Below the pieces are notes generated by a model. That model had not been told where the DNA came from. It was given only the letters and a program-made list of their open reading frames with translations, and searched no databases. A stretch of DNA of 63,825 nucleotides, counting the filler, from Intoshia linei (Eukaryota > Animalia > Orthonectida), in the NCBI GenBank assembly GCA_001642005.1. It is 10 parts of 10 records of this genome, joined end to end, with 100 filler letters (N's around TTAATTAATTAA, not from the genome) between each part and the next. Parts side by side here need not be neighbours in the genome. Positions count along the whole stretch, not along the records: positions 1 to 8,546 come from LWCA01001445.1; positions 8,647 to 18,229 come from LWCA01001348.1; 8 more parts are not named here. The stretch is one strand, 5' to 3'. Of the stretch, positions 1 to 11,851 are shown piece by piece. The translations under genes were made by a program, and so were the position numbers. Position 1 is the first letter of the stretch; every line of letters starts with the position of its first letter.

Positions 1-280
1 AATGATGCAGCTAAACGCGTTTTATTAAAATATACAAACATTTTTAATTTTTCTTCACAAACAAAGCAGGAATTTCACTCTTTGTAAAAAAAATTAAGAA
101 AAACATGAAAATATCCTTAAATTTAGTTATTTTTTGTTAATTACTTAATTGATCAACACTGAGTCATTAATGAGTATTTTTCAGAATTAGTCATCGGATT
201 GTCATTTTTTTTCAAATTACATCTAATCTACTGGGTATGTTTTTGAATTTCATAAAAAAAATATTTGATGTAACACCCTA
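1..280 (+). mobile_element. 3' end of a decayed hATm-like DNA transposon
   Basis: Window opens with NDAAKRVLLKY, like the NDxAERGVKL C-terminal motif of this transposase class. Ends in ACACCCTA, a terminus (TAGGGTGT) seen repeatedly in the window. Confidence 0.45.
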
Positions 281-367
281 AAGTACATTTGTACTTGTAG
301 AAATTTATTGATCAACTGGCATAGTAACACAAAAATAAAGTGAACATAAATTTAACAGTAAATTAAA

Positions 368-2085
368 ATGCAATCATTAGCTAAGTCTCAAAATGAAAAA
401 ACAGCTGAAGTTATGGTGTATGTGTGTGGAGGTAAATCTAAATTTAATAAATTTTTACTTTTTTAAAAGCTTGTAGTTGGGAAAATGAATTGAAACCTCG
501 CGATCCAATACGATGTCGAGAATGTGGATATAGAATTTTGTATAAAAAAAGGACCACAAAAGGTTTATTGTTAATTAATTATTTTTTTTAAATTTTGAAT
601 ATTTGGATGTAAAGTTGATTTTGTGAATATACTATCTTGACAAAAATGACAAAAATACATAACAATTGTTTACATTTCATATAATTTTAAATAAAATGTA
701 AACAAATGAACACAATTATGTAATTCACAATGATGCAAACTTCTTTAAGAGCATCTAAAAATCTTGCATAACCTAGTCATTATACTCTATGAATGGCTCT
801 ACTAATTACATACCTTTTATACTACTTTATCAACTTAGTGATGGTTGGTGTTATGATTTACAAAATTTAATTGAATAGTCTACTGGAAAATATGAGGCCC
901 ACATTTACATAAAATTTCGGCGAGGCCCCACCGAGAAGTTTCTCGGGTACGGTAGGTTCGGCTGTTGTTGGTTTAATTACCGGCAAAATTAAAAAATATG
1001 TTTTTTTTTTATAATCTACCTCAGGGCTTCCCAACCTGTATAACCTGTTATAAATCCTTTTGTAAAGCTTATATTTTTTTCTTCAATTTTATCTAAAATT
1101 TCCTTATTTATTAAAAATTTTGATTTTTTAAATAGATTATTCTACAGGTGGACAATAATAAATTATATCATATTAAAAATTCAAAAAGTGGGCGATGCAT
1201 GAAAAAAAATTGGGAAGCTCTGATCTGCATTATTGCAGAATTTCCAGAAGATGGGATTTTATCCCAAAGCTTAGACCATCGCTATATTATTATTTAAAAA
1301 ATCACACGTTTATCACATTAATAAAAAATACCATTTGAAGTACCCAGTATGTAAAAGTTCATTTTTTCGATATTTTTTTGAAAATACGATTTTACAAAAA
1401 TCTTTATGAGAAAAACCTGTTAAACCAAACTAAAAAATCCAATTTTAGCAACCAATTAAGCCTTACTGAAGGTCAAAAATTCATTTCCATATATTTATAT
1501 ATATTTTCAATATTTTTTTAAAAATTAAAATTTACCATATCTTACGAGAAAAAACTACTAATCCAACCACATAATAAAAAACTAATTTTCCAACCATGAA
1601 GGAAAAAATCCTTTTTTCATTTTTTTTGATCAATCAATTAAATTATTTCTCTAAAATTAAAATTTACAGTGTATAATTCAAACAATTACGACTGACGAAG
1701 GCAAGGCACATCAAAAACTCTGGAAACCCTTGGTAGTGCCACCATATGGGTTAACTGTTAGTTTCACGTAAAAACTTTGATTGAATCTGATGTTTCCGGG
1801 ATAACTTGTTTATCACTAATCTTTCTATTTGAAACTTTATTTTGTTTTTGATATTGAGTTTATATGGGATACTCTGGATTTTTCTCTTAAAGGTTGGTAA
1901 AACTAAAATTTTCTATTTATGGTTGGTAAAACTGGATTTTCTCTTTAAAGGTTGTTAAAACTGAATTTTTCCTTTTACTGTTAGTAAATTTTGATTTTTA
2001 GTATTAAATGCTTAGATTTAAGTAGACACCCTTTATTTTTTAATGTTAACTTAATAATTTAGTTGTAATATTGGACGGTCGCTAA
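368..2085 (+). CDS. POLR2K: RNA polymerases I/II/III shared subunit RPABC4 (RPB12), 3 exons: 368-431, 470-562, 2063-2085
   Basis: Spliced translation [59 protein letters not shown]. CxxC...[14 protein letters not shown] zinc ribbon. GT-AG introns, both phase 1. Confidence 0.96.
1022..1222. mobile_element. hAT-type MITE in POLR2K intron 2
   Basis: TIRs CAGGGCTTCCCAA / TTGGGAAGCTCTG; degenerate 8-bp TSD atctacct/atctgcat. Confidence 0.7.
1871..1990 (+). repeat. ~29-bp tandem array (ggttggtaaaactggattttctctttaaa-like, about 4 copies), probably TE subterminal repeats
   Basis: Units visible directly. Reverse-complement-like units at about 1410-1610. GACACCCT terminus-like motif at about 2030. 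Confidence 0.6.
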
Positions 2086-2187
2086 TTACACAAACCAAAT
2101 AATACATAATGTACGATTGTAAAAAGAATATAATGTGTGTTTTATGTATTATTTTGTAAATTATGTAAATTAAATTTTATTTATAAA

Positions 2188-5100
2188 TCAATTGATATTT
2201 GCATATTGCAAAGTGTTAAATAATTTAAGATAAATTTTTTTCCTTGAATCGAGATGATTATTTTCGCCAAACAAATCATATTGCGAACTGTCTCTGTAAA
2301 AAATGAGGGATTTAATAGTACCATTAACGCAACAAACATAAATCATGTGAACTTGTACATTTTCATGTTTTTCACTAACATTTTTGATACTGGCATTAAC
2401 AATTTGGGTTACATCATTTTTAACGTATGTGATTGATGAAATGGGGAAAGACAATGCAAATTTCTGCACAATCTTGTCATTTTTTATAGAATAAACAAAA
2501 ATTCTTTGAGAATCGTTTAAAATAGCGAAATCATTTCCAATAATAAAATTCAAAATTAAATGGTCATCTTCTCGAAATATAGATTTATAAGGTGTGTTTG
2601 TATTTCTCGAAATTTGAGAATTTGAACCATTTTTAGGAATGAAATTTTTTTTGAATAACATGGGATCAATATTTCTAAGATATTTATTATTGTCCAATTC
2701 AATAATAGCTAAATTTTGGTCAATACAATAACTTAATGAATTGTTGAATAATAAGCAATTTAAATTGCAAGAATTTGATAAATTCAAAACTTTTTTTTCA
2801 ATTTCACCTGTAGTATTACAAACTATAGCCATTCCGACAGATAGAATTGTATCATTGTATAATACCAACATTTTGTCATTACTAATAGGATGGTGTCTAA
2901 CGTCCAAAATTCTGGGCGGTTTAGTTTCGTTAGTTATAGCCCAATTCAATAAAACGGTTTTATCTATGAAATGGCTAATTTTATAACTTGAACCTCGTAT
3001 ATTTGATATTTTTCTATTTTGTTTTAATATTCCTTTATAGGGAGAATTGTTTATATATTCTATTGAATAGGTTTCGATAGAGTCGTAGTTGTTGAAAGAA
3101 TTTAAAGGGTTAATAGAGCTAATATTTCGGAAATCGTCTTCTTTGCAAGTCCAATTAACAATAATTACTAAATATTTGTCATCTTTGGTTATGAAGCTAG
3201 AGTTTACATTGGCTACAACATTGTACATTCGAAGATTTCCTCGGATTTTTAGTTTTTTATAAGAATATTCAATTTTTTTTGGAATGTAATCTACATTTGT
3301 TGAATTTAAATTTTGAAACTTTGATTCTTTTGGAAATTGACAAGTGTATAGGGCAATTTTATTATCTTCCATTGTATTAATTAGTCGTACAATTTCGATT
3401 CGAATCGGGTTATTTTCTACCAATATAAATGAATCTTCGAGATAAAATGGTAAAATTTTTTTAACATTTTTACTGGCTTCTTTAATACAAACTTGACTTT
3501 CAATGCAAGAATAATTAGTGTCGAAATTTAGACAACATTTGTTCATTTCCGTCAAATGTGTGGTAAATGGGGTTTTGTGGTCAACAAAACTTGTACAAAT
3601 GTATCTAGCATTAGCACTTAGACTAAAATAACCAGGTTGGAACATTTTAACAGTTTTAGTAATTTTATTATTATTCATATTAATGAAAAATAATTGGTCA
3701 TTGTTCTCCAATTGAGCCAAAACTATATTTGGAATGCTACACAATTCAATTTTTATAATTTTGGATTGAAAATGATGCAAGTGATTAAAAGTGTTGATAT
3801 TGTATTGAATTACTTTTTCTGCGTGTTTTTCAATTTTCATTTTTGATGGATATGGAACCGACAAGTTTTCTTGTTTACTAATACGACAAAGATATAATTT
3901 ACCTTTGCTAACATTTGTTGCAACAATAAAAGAAGAATTGTCTTTATAAGCATTAGAAAGGTGGGTAATGTAACCATAAGATATGAATGGTATAATTTGT
4001 TGAACATTACATTTAGCTACATTCCAAACTACAATATATATTCCTATGCAAGACACGATATTGTTATAATCATGCAACCATAAAATGTGTCGAAAGCAAC
4101 AACTCCTTCTTACATGATAATCATCATTAACTATTTTGAAATGATCCAGTTGATAATTGTTGAACTCTTGACAAATTTTTGTATTGTAATGATTCTGAAT
4201 AAAGATTGGAGCGCTCAATACTTTAATTTTTTTGTATCGGTTTTTTTTAATTAAAATTATATCCGTTCCAATAGAAATGTTGAAATATTTGCAGAATCTG
4301 TTTGTAACGACTTTTCGACAAAAAGTATCAAAACTTTGTTCACTATCAGAGTTTAAATAATTTGTTATCTTAATTTTATGTTTAATAACCAAGTTGGATT
4401 CCAACCCAACCTTATCGATAACATAAATGTAATATTTTTCAATCATTAGAAACGTATCGTGAGATAAACTGTAAATTATTTGAGGTTTTATATGATTGAT
4501 GCACAATTCTGAAATGATTTGGCAAGTTTTCAATTCAAATAGGTATAATTTATCGTTATCATAAAATATTATCTCATTTCCATTTAAACTGAACGTATAA
4601 GCAATGTAATTGATGCTTTCACTAAATTTTATTTTTTTTGATATCCCATATTGATTGTCAAGTTCGGCATCAGAATTGGATGTTACTTCTAGTAATGATT
4701 CTTGAGAGTTTTTGAATTTTTGATTAGTTTGGGGTGTTTGACTGTCATTGGCCATTTCAGCATAATGGGAAATGCTGACAATAATCAAACATTTTTCCAT
4801 ATATGTATTTAGACATAGTGCAACGTGATTATTACTTACACTAATATTTGTTACTATTACTAGAGTCTTGTCATTTTCATTTTTTTTGCTTTTTTTCGTT
4901 TTTCCATTCAATTCCATTTCTTGATCTTTAGTGTCCAATTTACAATTAAAGAGGTTAAAATTAAAAACGCGAGATTCCAAAAATGTCTTTAGAAAAATGT
5001 TTTGTAAAAATTTACCCGTTTCACTCTTGTATATTTTCATCATGACATTTTTTTCGTCGTAAAATATAAAATGTTCCTTATTTGGCGTACAATACAAGAA

Positions 5101-7251
5101 ACCCACGCAAAATTCTTCATCAAGTTTTTTGGAAGAAAAAATTTTTTTATGGTTGCAGTTATTCGCACAAGTTTCCACTTTATATATACTTTTTTCGTCA
5201 TGGTGTTTATAGTACAATTGATTGTCTTGAATTTGAAAATTTTTACTATTTATTTCACTCGATTTATTTGAAATTTCATTTTTGTATAAATAAATTTTAT
5301 CCAAAATAAATTCCATTGAATAACTAAATTCAGAACAGGTAGCCACCATGTAAACGTTTTCATCTAATAAACACTCGTTGAAAAATTTTTCAATTATCAC
5401 ATTTTGTAGAGTACTACTGATGCATTTTTTCCAAAGTTCACCGAGAATTTTAATGGATAACATTTTCCCATTCATACTAAATTGTATTTCATTGAAACTG
5501 AGTCTTTTTATAATTACATCCGATACAATGTTGAACTGTTTCTTAATTTTTAACATTAGATAATCATAAATTATGTAACATATTGGTGCTCCGTATTTTA
5601 TGCGATCATTTAGAACCTGATAATTCATTATTACCATTCTGTTTAATAAATTGTACTTTTTTCCTACACACAAATGTTTTATCAAGACATCGTACACACG
5701 AATAAGTTTTCTGTATAGATTTCGAATTTTCAAGTCTTTAGTCTGTTCAGGGTATTTACGCGGCAATAAAATACTTGTAATGTAATTTTCAATGTTCATG
5801 GTGCCTTTTGTTTTCATGCTTTGGCTCATACCGTCTACTTTACGTTCGTATTGATTTGAATAATCGTCAAATGTTGAAATACTTTCGTTGGGTACGTCGG
5901 AAGAATTTTTCATTTCCTTGTTAATGTTTTCTTTTAAACTTTTCATTTTTAATGTGTAATATTTACAAATTTTGTCATTGTATGCGTAGCGAATTTTTGT
6001 ATTTGACAGATAACGATTTGCAACAATTTCTAGTACAGTAGTATTGCTCAGAAATATTGAAGTTGTAGAGTGTCTTATTCGTCTTTTGATAAAAAATTGA
6101 ACAATATTTTGCATGCAAAATACTATAAAAGTACTTATTAAACGCAAATGTATCGCTTTTTTTGTTGATAGTTCCGATTCAAAATGAGCACAATCCACGT
6201 AGATTGAAACTGCTTCACTCATGTTTGAATCGCGCAAAGATTCATCCAACTTTTCTTCCATGAATACAGATATAATTTCTGAATCGTTACACAAAATATT
6301 TATAAATTCAATCTCGTTATATCCTAAAGGAGACAAACATAAATACGAAAATATTGCCCTAATTAAAATTTTTCCATATTCATTTTCGAAATCATCCAAA
6401 ATATTTTCAATTATCAATTTTGAAGAAATGTCTCCAGTTTTATTTAATAATCCAAATGTTTCGAATGAAATTTCTTTGGAAATTTCAAGTTTTTTCAATT
6501 TATGGGACATAACTTGGACAAAAAAAGGGTTTCTGTTTATAGACAAAATGTCAATTAGTCCGTTCTTCTGATCAACTTGAAGTATCCGATTATCAGATTC
6601 CAATATACTCATTAAAAAGTTTAAACATGTCATTACACTTATTGTTTCAAATGTAAACATTGTTTTTTCTGCAATGTAGTTGTCCAATTTTTCCAAGATT
6701 GACTGGTTTATGTATTTAAAGGATTTTTTAAAATTTTCAACGTGTTCACCAATTTTTAGACAAAAGGTTTTGTACAAATTATCGTTTTCTCGGTAATGAG
6801 TGATTAGGCGATGGGATCTATTCATGTTTCGTTCTATACTGCATGTTATTATTACTTTTACGTTATTACTCAAGTTTGTTGGTAGCCATTTTTCAAAACA
6901 CATGTTTAAATCAGATTGGCATAATAAGAAATCTCCATCGTCTATTAATAACACCAATTTATGCGATTGTGGAAAATTTTCTAGCAATTCGTAGAGTTTT
7001 GTTGTTAAATGGTATGTACTTGTCGATATATTGTAAAGTTGATCGAAGGATTTCACATTCGTAAAGAATGGCTCATTTTCGGTTTGGTATACAATTTCTT
7101 TTGAAAGTTTTAAACCTAAAATTATGTGTTGGTAGATTCTGCGTAATGTATAGTATGATGTTAGATTTGTGTCTTCATTATAATTGTCTAATGTCGTGTA
7201 TCTTAATACCACAAATCCACTTTTTTCGTCCTTGTTTATCCAGGAGTGGGC
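2188..7251 (-). CDS. NWD1/NWD2-like NACHT and WD40-repeat protein, ~5-kb terminal exon (5' exons not found)
   Basis: 1674-aa ORF with Walker B-like LVLLIDDGD, WLPTNLSNNVKVIITCS, winged-helix segment FENEYGKILIRAIFSYLCLSPLGYNEIE and a beta-rich C-terminus. Frame extends to a tttag acceptor at 7252-7253. No Walker A seen. Confidence 0.75.
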   Translation of the reverse strand, partial: AHSWINKDEKSGFVVLRYTTLDNYNEDTNLTSYYTLRRIYQHIILGLKLSKEIVYQTENEPFFTNVKSFDQLYNISTSTYHLTTKLYELLENFPQSHKLVLLIDDGDFLLCQSDLNMCFEKWLPTNLSNNVKVIITCSIERNMNRSHRLITHYRENDNLYKTFCLKIGEHVENFKKSFKYINQSILEKLDNYIAEKTMFTFETISVMTCLNFLMSILESDNRILQVDQKNGLIDILSINRNPFFVQVMSHKLKKLEISKEISFETFGLLNKTGDISSKLIIENILDDFENEYGKILIRAIFSYLCLSPLGYNEIEFINILCNDSEIISVFMEEKLDESLRDSNMSEAVSIYVDCAHFESELSTKKAIHLRLISTFIVFCMQNIVQFFIKRRIRHSTTSIFLSNTTVLEIVANRYLSNTKIRYAYNDKICKYYTLKMKSLKENINKEMKNSSDVPNESISTFDDYSNQYERKVDGMSQSMKTKGTMNIENYITSILLPRKYPEQTKDLKIRNLYRKLIRVYDVLIKHLCVGKKYNLLNRMVIMNYQVLNDRIKYGAPICYIIYDYLMLKIKKQFNIVSDVIIKRLSFNEIQFSMNGKMLSIKILGELWKKCISSTLQNVIIEKFFNECLLDENVYMVATCSEFSYSMEFILDKIYLYKNEISNKSSEINSKNFQIQDNQLYYKHHDEKSIYKVETCANNCNHKKIFSSKKLDEEFCVGFLYCTPNKEHFIFYDEKNVMMKIYKSETGKFLQNIFLKTFLESRVFNFNLFNCKLDTKDQEMELNGKTKKSKKNENDKTLVIVTNISVSNNHVALCLNTYMEKCLIIVSISHYAEMANDSQTPQTNQKFKNSQESLLEVTSNSDAELDNQYGISKKIKFSESINYIAYTFSLNGNEIIFYDNDKLYLFELKTCQIISELCINHIKPQIIYSLSHDTFLMIEKYYIYVIDKVGLESNLVIKHKIKITNYLNSDSEQSFDTFCRKVVTNRFCKYFNISIGTDIILIKKNRYKKIKVLSAPIFIQNHYNTKICQEFNNYQLDHFKIVNDDYHVRRSCCFRHILWLHDYNNIVSCIGIYIVVWNVAKCNVQQIIPFISYGYITHLSNAYKDNSSFIVATNVSKGKLYLCRISKQENLSVPYPSKMKIEKHAEKVIQYNINTFNHLHHFQSKIIKIELCSIPNIVLAQLENNDQLFFINMNNNKITKTVKMFQPGYFSLSANARYICTSFVDHKTPFTTHLTEMNKCCLNFDTNYSCIESQVCIKEASKNVKKILPFYLEDSFILVENNPIRIEIVRLINTMEDNKIALYTCQFPKESKFQNLNSTNVDYIPKKIEYSYKKLKIRGNLRMYNVVANVNSSFITKDDKYLVIIVNWTCKEDDFRNISSINPLNSFNNYDSIETYSIEYINNSPYKGILKQNRKISNIRGSSYKISHFIDKTVLLNWAITNETKPPRILDVRHHPISNDKMLVLYNDTILSVGMAIVCNTTGEIEKKVLNLSNSCNLNCLLFNNSLSYCIDQNLAIIELDNNKYLRNIDPMLFKKNFIPKNGSNSQISRNTNTPYKSIFREDDHLILNFIIGNDFAILNDSQRIFVYSIKNDKIVQKFALSFPISSITYVKNDVTQIVNASIKNVSEKHENVQVHMIYVCCVNGTIKSLIFYRDSSQYDLFGENNHLDSRKKIYLKLFNTLQYANIN

Positions 7252-7312
7252 CTAAATTTTATATATTAAATTTCAAATACAATTTATATACTATTTAACT
7301 TATTGTAGGTTA

Positions 7313-7729
7313 CTAGCTTGACTGTTATGTACTTCGTACAAACAGAATCCTAGGTATGCCGAGGGCGGATATTTTTATTCTACCGGAAAAATAAATTCAA
7401 AAAGAAAATTTAACCTAAAAATACTACTATTCACTATTATCAATCATTCAAAGGAGTGGTTCCAAACCAGTCATATCACATTACCTTTTAATTTAAAGTG
7501 AATTATTCCACGTTAAATTTATTTTGTAAACATTTGTGTAAAGAATTTTAAAAAAATTGTTATCCCATTTTTTTAATTTATTAGACAATGTGTGTATCAT
7601 TAAAAATAAAATAAAAACAGTCCAATCCTAAAAATTTTCATAAATAGCATAAATTTCAGAAAAAATAAAATTGTAAAAACCTATTTTGTCATTTTTAATG
7701 TGATAATATATATTCAGTACCAATTTACA
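7313..7729 (-). mobile_element. Helitron 3' portion (non-autonomous)
   Basis: Homologous (inverted) to about 43205-43631. Minus strand ends TGTAC-GAA-GTACA hairpin ... CTAG|T. Confidence 0.8.
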
Positions 7730-8546
7730 TGTTAATAAATATATAAATGATAATAACAAAGTTGTATTTTAAGTAATCCGTTGTTGTAGTTTTTATATTC
7801 TCGTTTATTTTAATAACAATCAATATCAAATTAACTCTATTCTATTTATATAACAACGGAATACAACATTCTTTCCTTGGTAGTTGAGATTGATAGACTA
7901 TTCCAAAATATACTCGTTCCGAAATCTAATTGGCAATTTGGAATTTCGCTTTGGTCTTGTACTTTAAACATCTATTGCTTCAACTACATCTTGATTTAAT
8001 ACTGGTGTTTCAGCTTGATTCAATTATATCATCCAAAATTGAATACCTGGTATTATTGGGAACTCTGTCTGCTTTATATCTACATAATCGAGAACCGTTC
8101 CAGACAGATGAATCTTCTAATTTATATGTACCTGGTCCAATTACTTCAACTATTTTAAATGGCTGTGACTTTGAATATCCCTTTAATTGTGGACGTCCAA
8201 CCCGCACATATTTATTACACATTCTTTCTGGCGATAAGATCTGTCTGCTCGGTATTAACTGGACTAGATTCCAACTCAAGAGATAATCGAGTTTTCAGAG
8301 TACTACCATGTAGTAATTGAGAGGGTGATAACCGTGTAGTTGAGTGATGAACATCTCTATACATCATCAGAATATCATTAACAACGGAATTTACATCCTT
8401 ACTCTCTTTTACGCCAATCCGCAATTTCACCGTTTTATTGAATCTCTACTAATCCATTACTCTGAGAATGATAATTTGATGTGTATCTTGAAGTAATGCC
8501 GCGTTTCTGTAAAAACATCTTCCATTTATCAGATTTAAATTGGGTC
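7730..8546 (-). mobile_element. Gypsy LTR retrotransposon 3' end: integrase remnant, PPT and ~139-bp LTR (7730-7868)
   Basis: Integrase-like YRDVHHSTTRLSPSQLLHG and PFKIVEVIGPGTYKLEDSSVWNGSRL. Minus-strand purine tract aaggaaagaa directly before a TGTT...AACA segment. Confidence 0.8.
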
Positions 8547-8645
8547 NNNNNNNNNNNNNNNNNNNNNNNNNNNNNNNNNNNNNNNNNNNNTTAATTAATT
8601 AANNNNNNNNNNNNNNNNNNNNNNNNNNNNNNNNNNNNNNNNNNN
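8547..8645. other. Assembly gap with artificial TTAATTAATTAA linker (also at about 18230, 45414, 46790, 53872, 56322, 59608, 61168, 62528)
   Basis: Same N-run/TTAATTAATTAA/N-run structure at every gap; the linker gives stops in all six frames. Confidence 0.97.
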
Positions 8646-9525
8646 NTGGTTCACTTGTAGAAGACAAACTGAATCAATTGAATTATTACGAGGAATACTG
8701 AAAGGTAAAACATTGGAATTGTATGTTGCGATCATACCCTATCAATGTGGATGTTACAAATGAAATTTGTGAGAGATCTCTGGGATATGTAAAAAAATTT
8801 GTTGACCGTAATATTGTTGACATTGAAACAAAATTACTGTTAAATTTTAACAAAATAAAATATTTAAAATTTTAAAAACGTTTCCATGATTTATCGTAAT
8901 TTTTTCAAGATAATAAAGTATTTACGTTTTTTTTCCTGATTTTAATTAATTAAAACGAGGAAACTAATAATACAAAAAAACTACTCAATTGCCTCGAATC
9001 TGCATAACATTTTACATATCGTCATACAAAAATTATAAAATTAATCGATTAGAACAAACGGTTCAATGTTTTAGCTTTGGCTTCAAGAGATTTCATATTA
9101 CTTTTTTTTATTAAAATGTGTTTAAAACGTTAATAACTGAATTTCAAAATGGGACACTCAGATTTTCATATTTGAAATAAATTTTTGGTTATTATAAATG
9201 TTAGTATTTTTAAATTTAACCAATATTACAAAACCCCCTTTTTAAGGAAAAAATACCCTGTGAGGTTAAACATTAAATTTTTTCAGTTCAAATTTAGTAT
9301 ATGTCTTAGTGGGTCATACATTAATCATATTCATCTTTTAAAAAAAAATGGCACCAATTAAGAAAAAGGGGAAAAAGCGCGCGAAAACCTTAATATTCAA
9401 TCAGGGTACACATTTTTAAGGTCATTTTTTCTAAAATTTTATAATTATGGGTTTTAAAGTACCCTCTTCAAGGTAGGGGTGGATTTTTTTCGAATCGAAA
9501 ATTTTGTAAAAAATGAATAGCCCTA
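8646..9525 (+). mobile_element. decayed hATm-like transposon 3' end
   Basis: VTNEICERSLGYVKKF remnant (cf. 45562 ORF LTNEISERTL). Ends GCCCTA. 9150-9525 is homologous to 10590-10866. Confidence 0.5.
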
Positions 9526-9903
9526 ACCAAGGTATTACAGTAATTCCGTCTTTGTATACTAATTATTCTCAACTTGTTAGTTTTTGTACTTTACGATAAT
9601 AATTCTAAATTTTTGGATTTTATAAAATACTAATTATATTTTTAATTGACTTTACATTCATATGATACTCGTCGTAATTTTCTGATTAATCTGTGAAATT
9701 TTGGACTTATACTTTCCCTAATGTTGAGTCTCAACTTGAGACACTTAATGCTTGTTTATGAATGTCAAAAATGGTCATCGATTTAGTGCAAGGGAAAAAA
9801 TATTTTGGCCATCACTCGCCATGTGTTTGGACCAACTTGATATACTGTATGCAAAAATTGATAAATTTAATAAACATTACTGATAAAATAAAATATTTTA
9901 AAA

Positions 9904-11851
9904 TTAATTGAAAAAGTCGTCAATATCATCGGTTTTTGTATTTGGATTATTTTTTTTTAATATGTAGGGATTGTCAATAAGTGTTGAATTGAAAAAATCA
10001 TCCTGCTGTGGTTTTTCACTAGCTTGAGTTTTGGATTGGGTGGAATGTGACATGAAAAAATCAGATTCATCAATTTCGTCTGTATCTGTATACATTTTTT
10101 GAAGAACATTTGTTTGTTTAGGTGGTTTAATTTCTTTAGGTTGAGGGTAAGATCCACCGTACAGATCATCAAATAATTGATTTCCTGAAACTGCATCATT
10201 AGCTTTTTTATTGTTTATAGAAAATTCATCAAACATGTCTAAAAGTGACAGTTCTTTTGGTTTTTTTTTTTCTTTAAATTGCTCTAAACGTAAAATAAAT
10301 TATATATAATCTACTGTACGGGCCGCACTTTCCGGTTTTTCCCATCCGTACCCTTTACAATTTTTCGTTAACCCCACGTGTCGATATATTGACTATTAGA
10401 CATTGAAACGATGTACAATTTAGTACTAACTCAAAAAATAATTTCAAGTTGGATTATCAATATTTAAAAATGTTTGGTTCGCGCGTAATTGTTCCAGGGT
10501 CTAATCTTTACCAGTGGTAGATTAAAATTGAATGTGAAAAAAATTTGTGAACCATTGGAACTTTAGGCACAAAAATGGTAATTTATAGATTTTGATATTC
10601 TAAATAAACTTTTGATTATCAATTTTGGAATTTTTCAATTTAACCAATATTATAAAAAACCCTTTTTATGGAAAAAACGGTCTGTAAAATTAAATATTAA
10701 TTTTTTTTGTTCCAAATTTGGAATATGCATTAGGGTGCTACATCGACCATAAACAAATTAAATTTTTTTCTAAAAATATATTTTCTGGGGGTTTATAAGT
10801 ACCCTCACAGAGTAGTATAGGGTATTTTCAACAAAAATCAATTTTAGTTAAAAACGAAGAGCCCTAATGGGTGTCCTTGAAAGTTAAAATTATAAAATCT
10901 TGCGCTAAATTGCCAGATTGATCAACAATTGAATAAAATAATCAAACCAATTTCTAAAGGAATATCACACAGTAAATTTAGTTCTGGGTCTCTGTCTGGT
11001 TTCTTTTTAGGTTTTGGTCTGGGAGCAGGGTTAAAATTTTGATTTTGACTAGCTTCTAACGCCATTTGCATTTTAATTTTAAAATTTTCCTCTTCCTTTT
11101 GCCGTTGATCTTGTTCAGCCATACTAATCTCAATGGCCCTTTGAAGGTTTTCATCGTAATCACGGTCCATATTCATGTTATTTAATGTTTGATCTTGACG
11201 AACAGATGTACTGGGTCCATCGTCTGGTATCTAATTTATAATTGTATAAAATTTAACTAAAAAGAATTAAAATAAAACCCTATTAGAATCAAATTCGTCA
11301 CCACCGCGTAAATATTTTTGCCTTTGAAATTTAGCATTATTACGTTCAGTAGTTAGCATATTTTCGTCTGTTAAAAGAGACAGGACCTTTTTAGACCATT
11401 TTCTAACTTCTGCTCCAACGTCTTTATAATTATCAGTATGGTTAAAATCTTCCAGGCATTTAATTTTGTGTATATTGCTCGAGTAGTATCGGTGTATTCT
11501 AGGATTTCCGTGAAGTAGTAATTCATACAATAATTGTAGTGCTTTAGACACGTGTCTCCAGTTTTTACCAGTGTCCTAAAATTTTTTAGAAACTATATAA
11601 TCAATTATTAAAGGTAAACATTACATTTTTCATTCATTTTTTATTAATTTTGTATAAAAACTTACTTTTAACCTTTGATCGAGAACTAAAATAATATTAT
11701 GACATTCATTTTCATCATTAGAGACTCTTTCAATAAACATTATGTGTTTTAGTTTAATCGGTTTTAAAGGATCATTAGATGTAATTTCACGCACTTTAGC
11801 TTGTATTGGTGTGTAATTTTTGTAGAAATCCTTAATTTTTCGAGCTGCCAT
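9904..11851 (-). CDS. Epsin (ENTH domain + UIMs), multi-exon
   Basis: ENTH motifs KVREITSNDP and DTGKNWRHVSKALQLLYELL, plus DVGAEVRKWSK. UIM-like ENLQRAIEISMAEQ and MQMALEASQ. Acidic DDFF-rich C-terminus. Confidence 0.88.
10590..10866 (+). repeat. hATm-like non-autonomous element end in epsin intron
   Basis: Clear homology to 9150-9525; ends GAGCCCTA. Confidence 0.6.

Noticed and set aside
1871-1990. CRISPR-like array
   Set aside because: Eukaryotic context, no unique spacers, no cas genes; a degenerate tandem repeat.
2254-7298. Short plus-strand ORFs opposite the 1674-aa ORF
   Set aside because: Antisense shadows in AT-rich DNA with no motifs.
8591-8602. Recurrent TTAATTAATTAA palindrome inside every N run
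   Set aside because: Artificial scaffold spacer with stops in all six frames, not biology.
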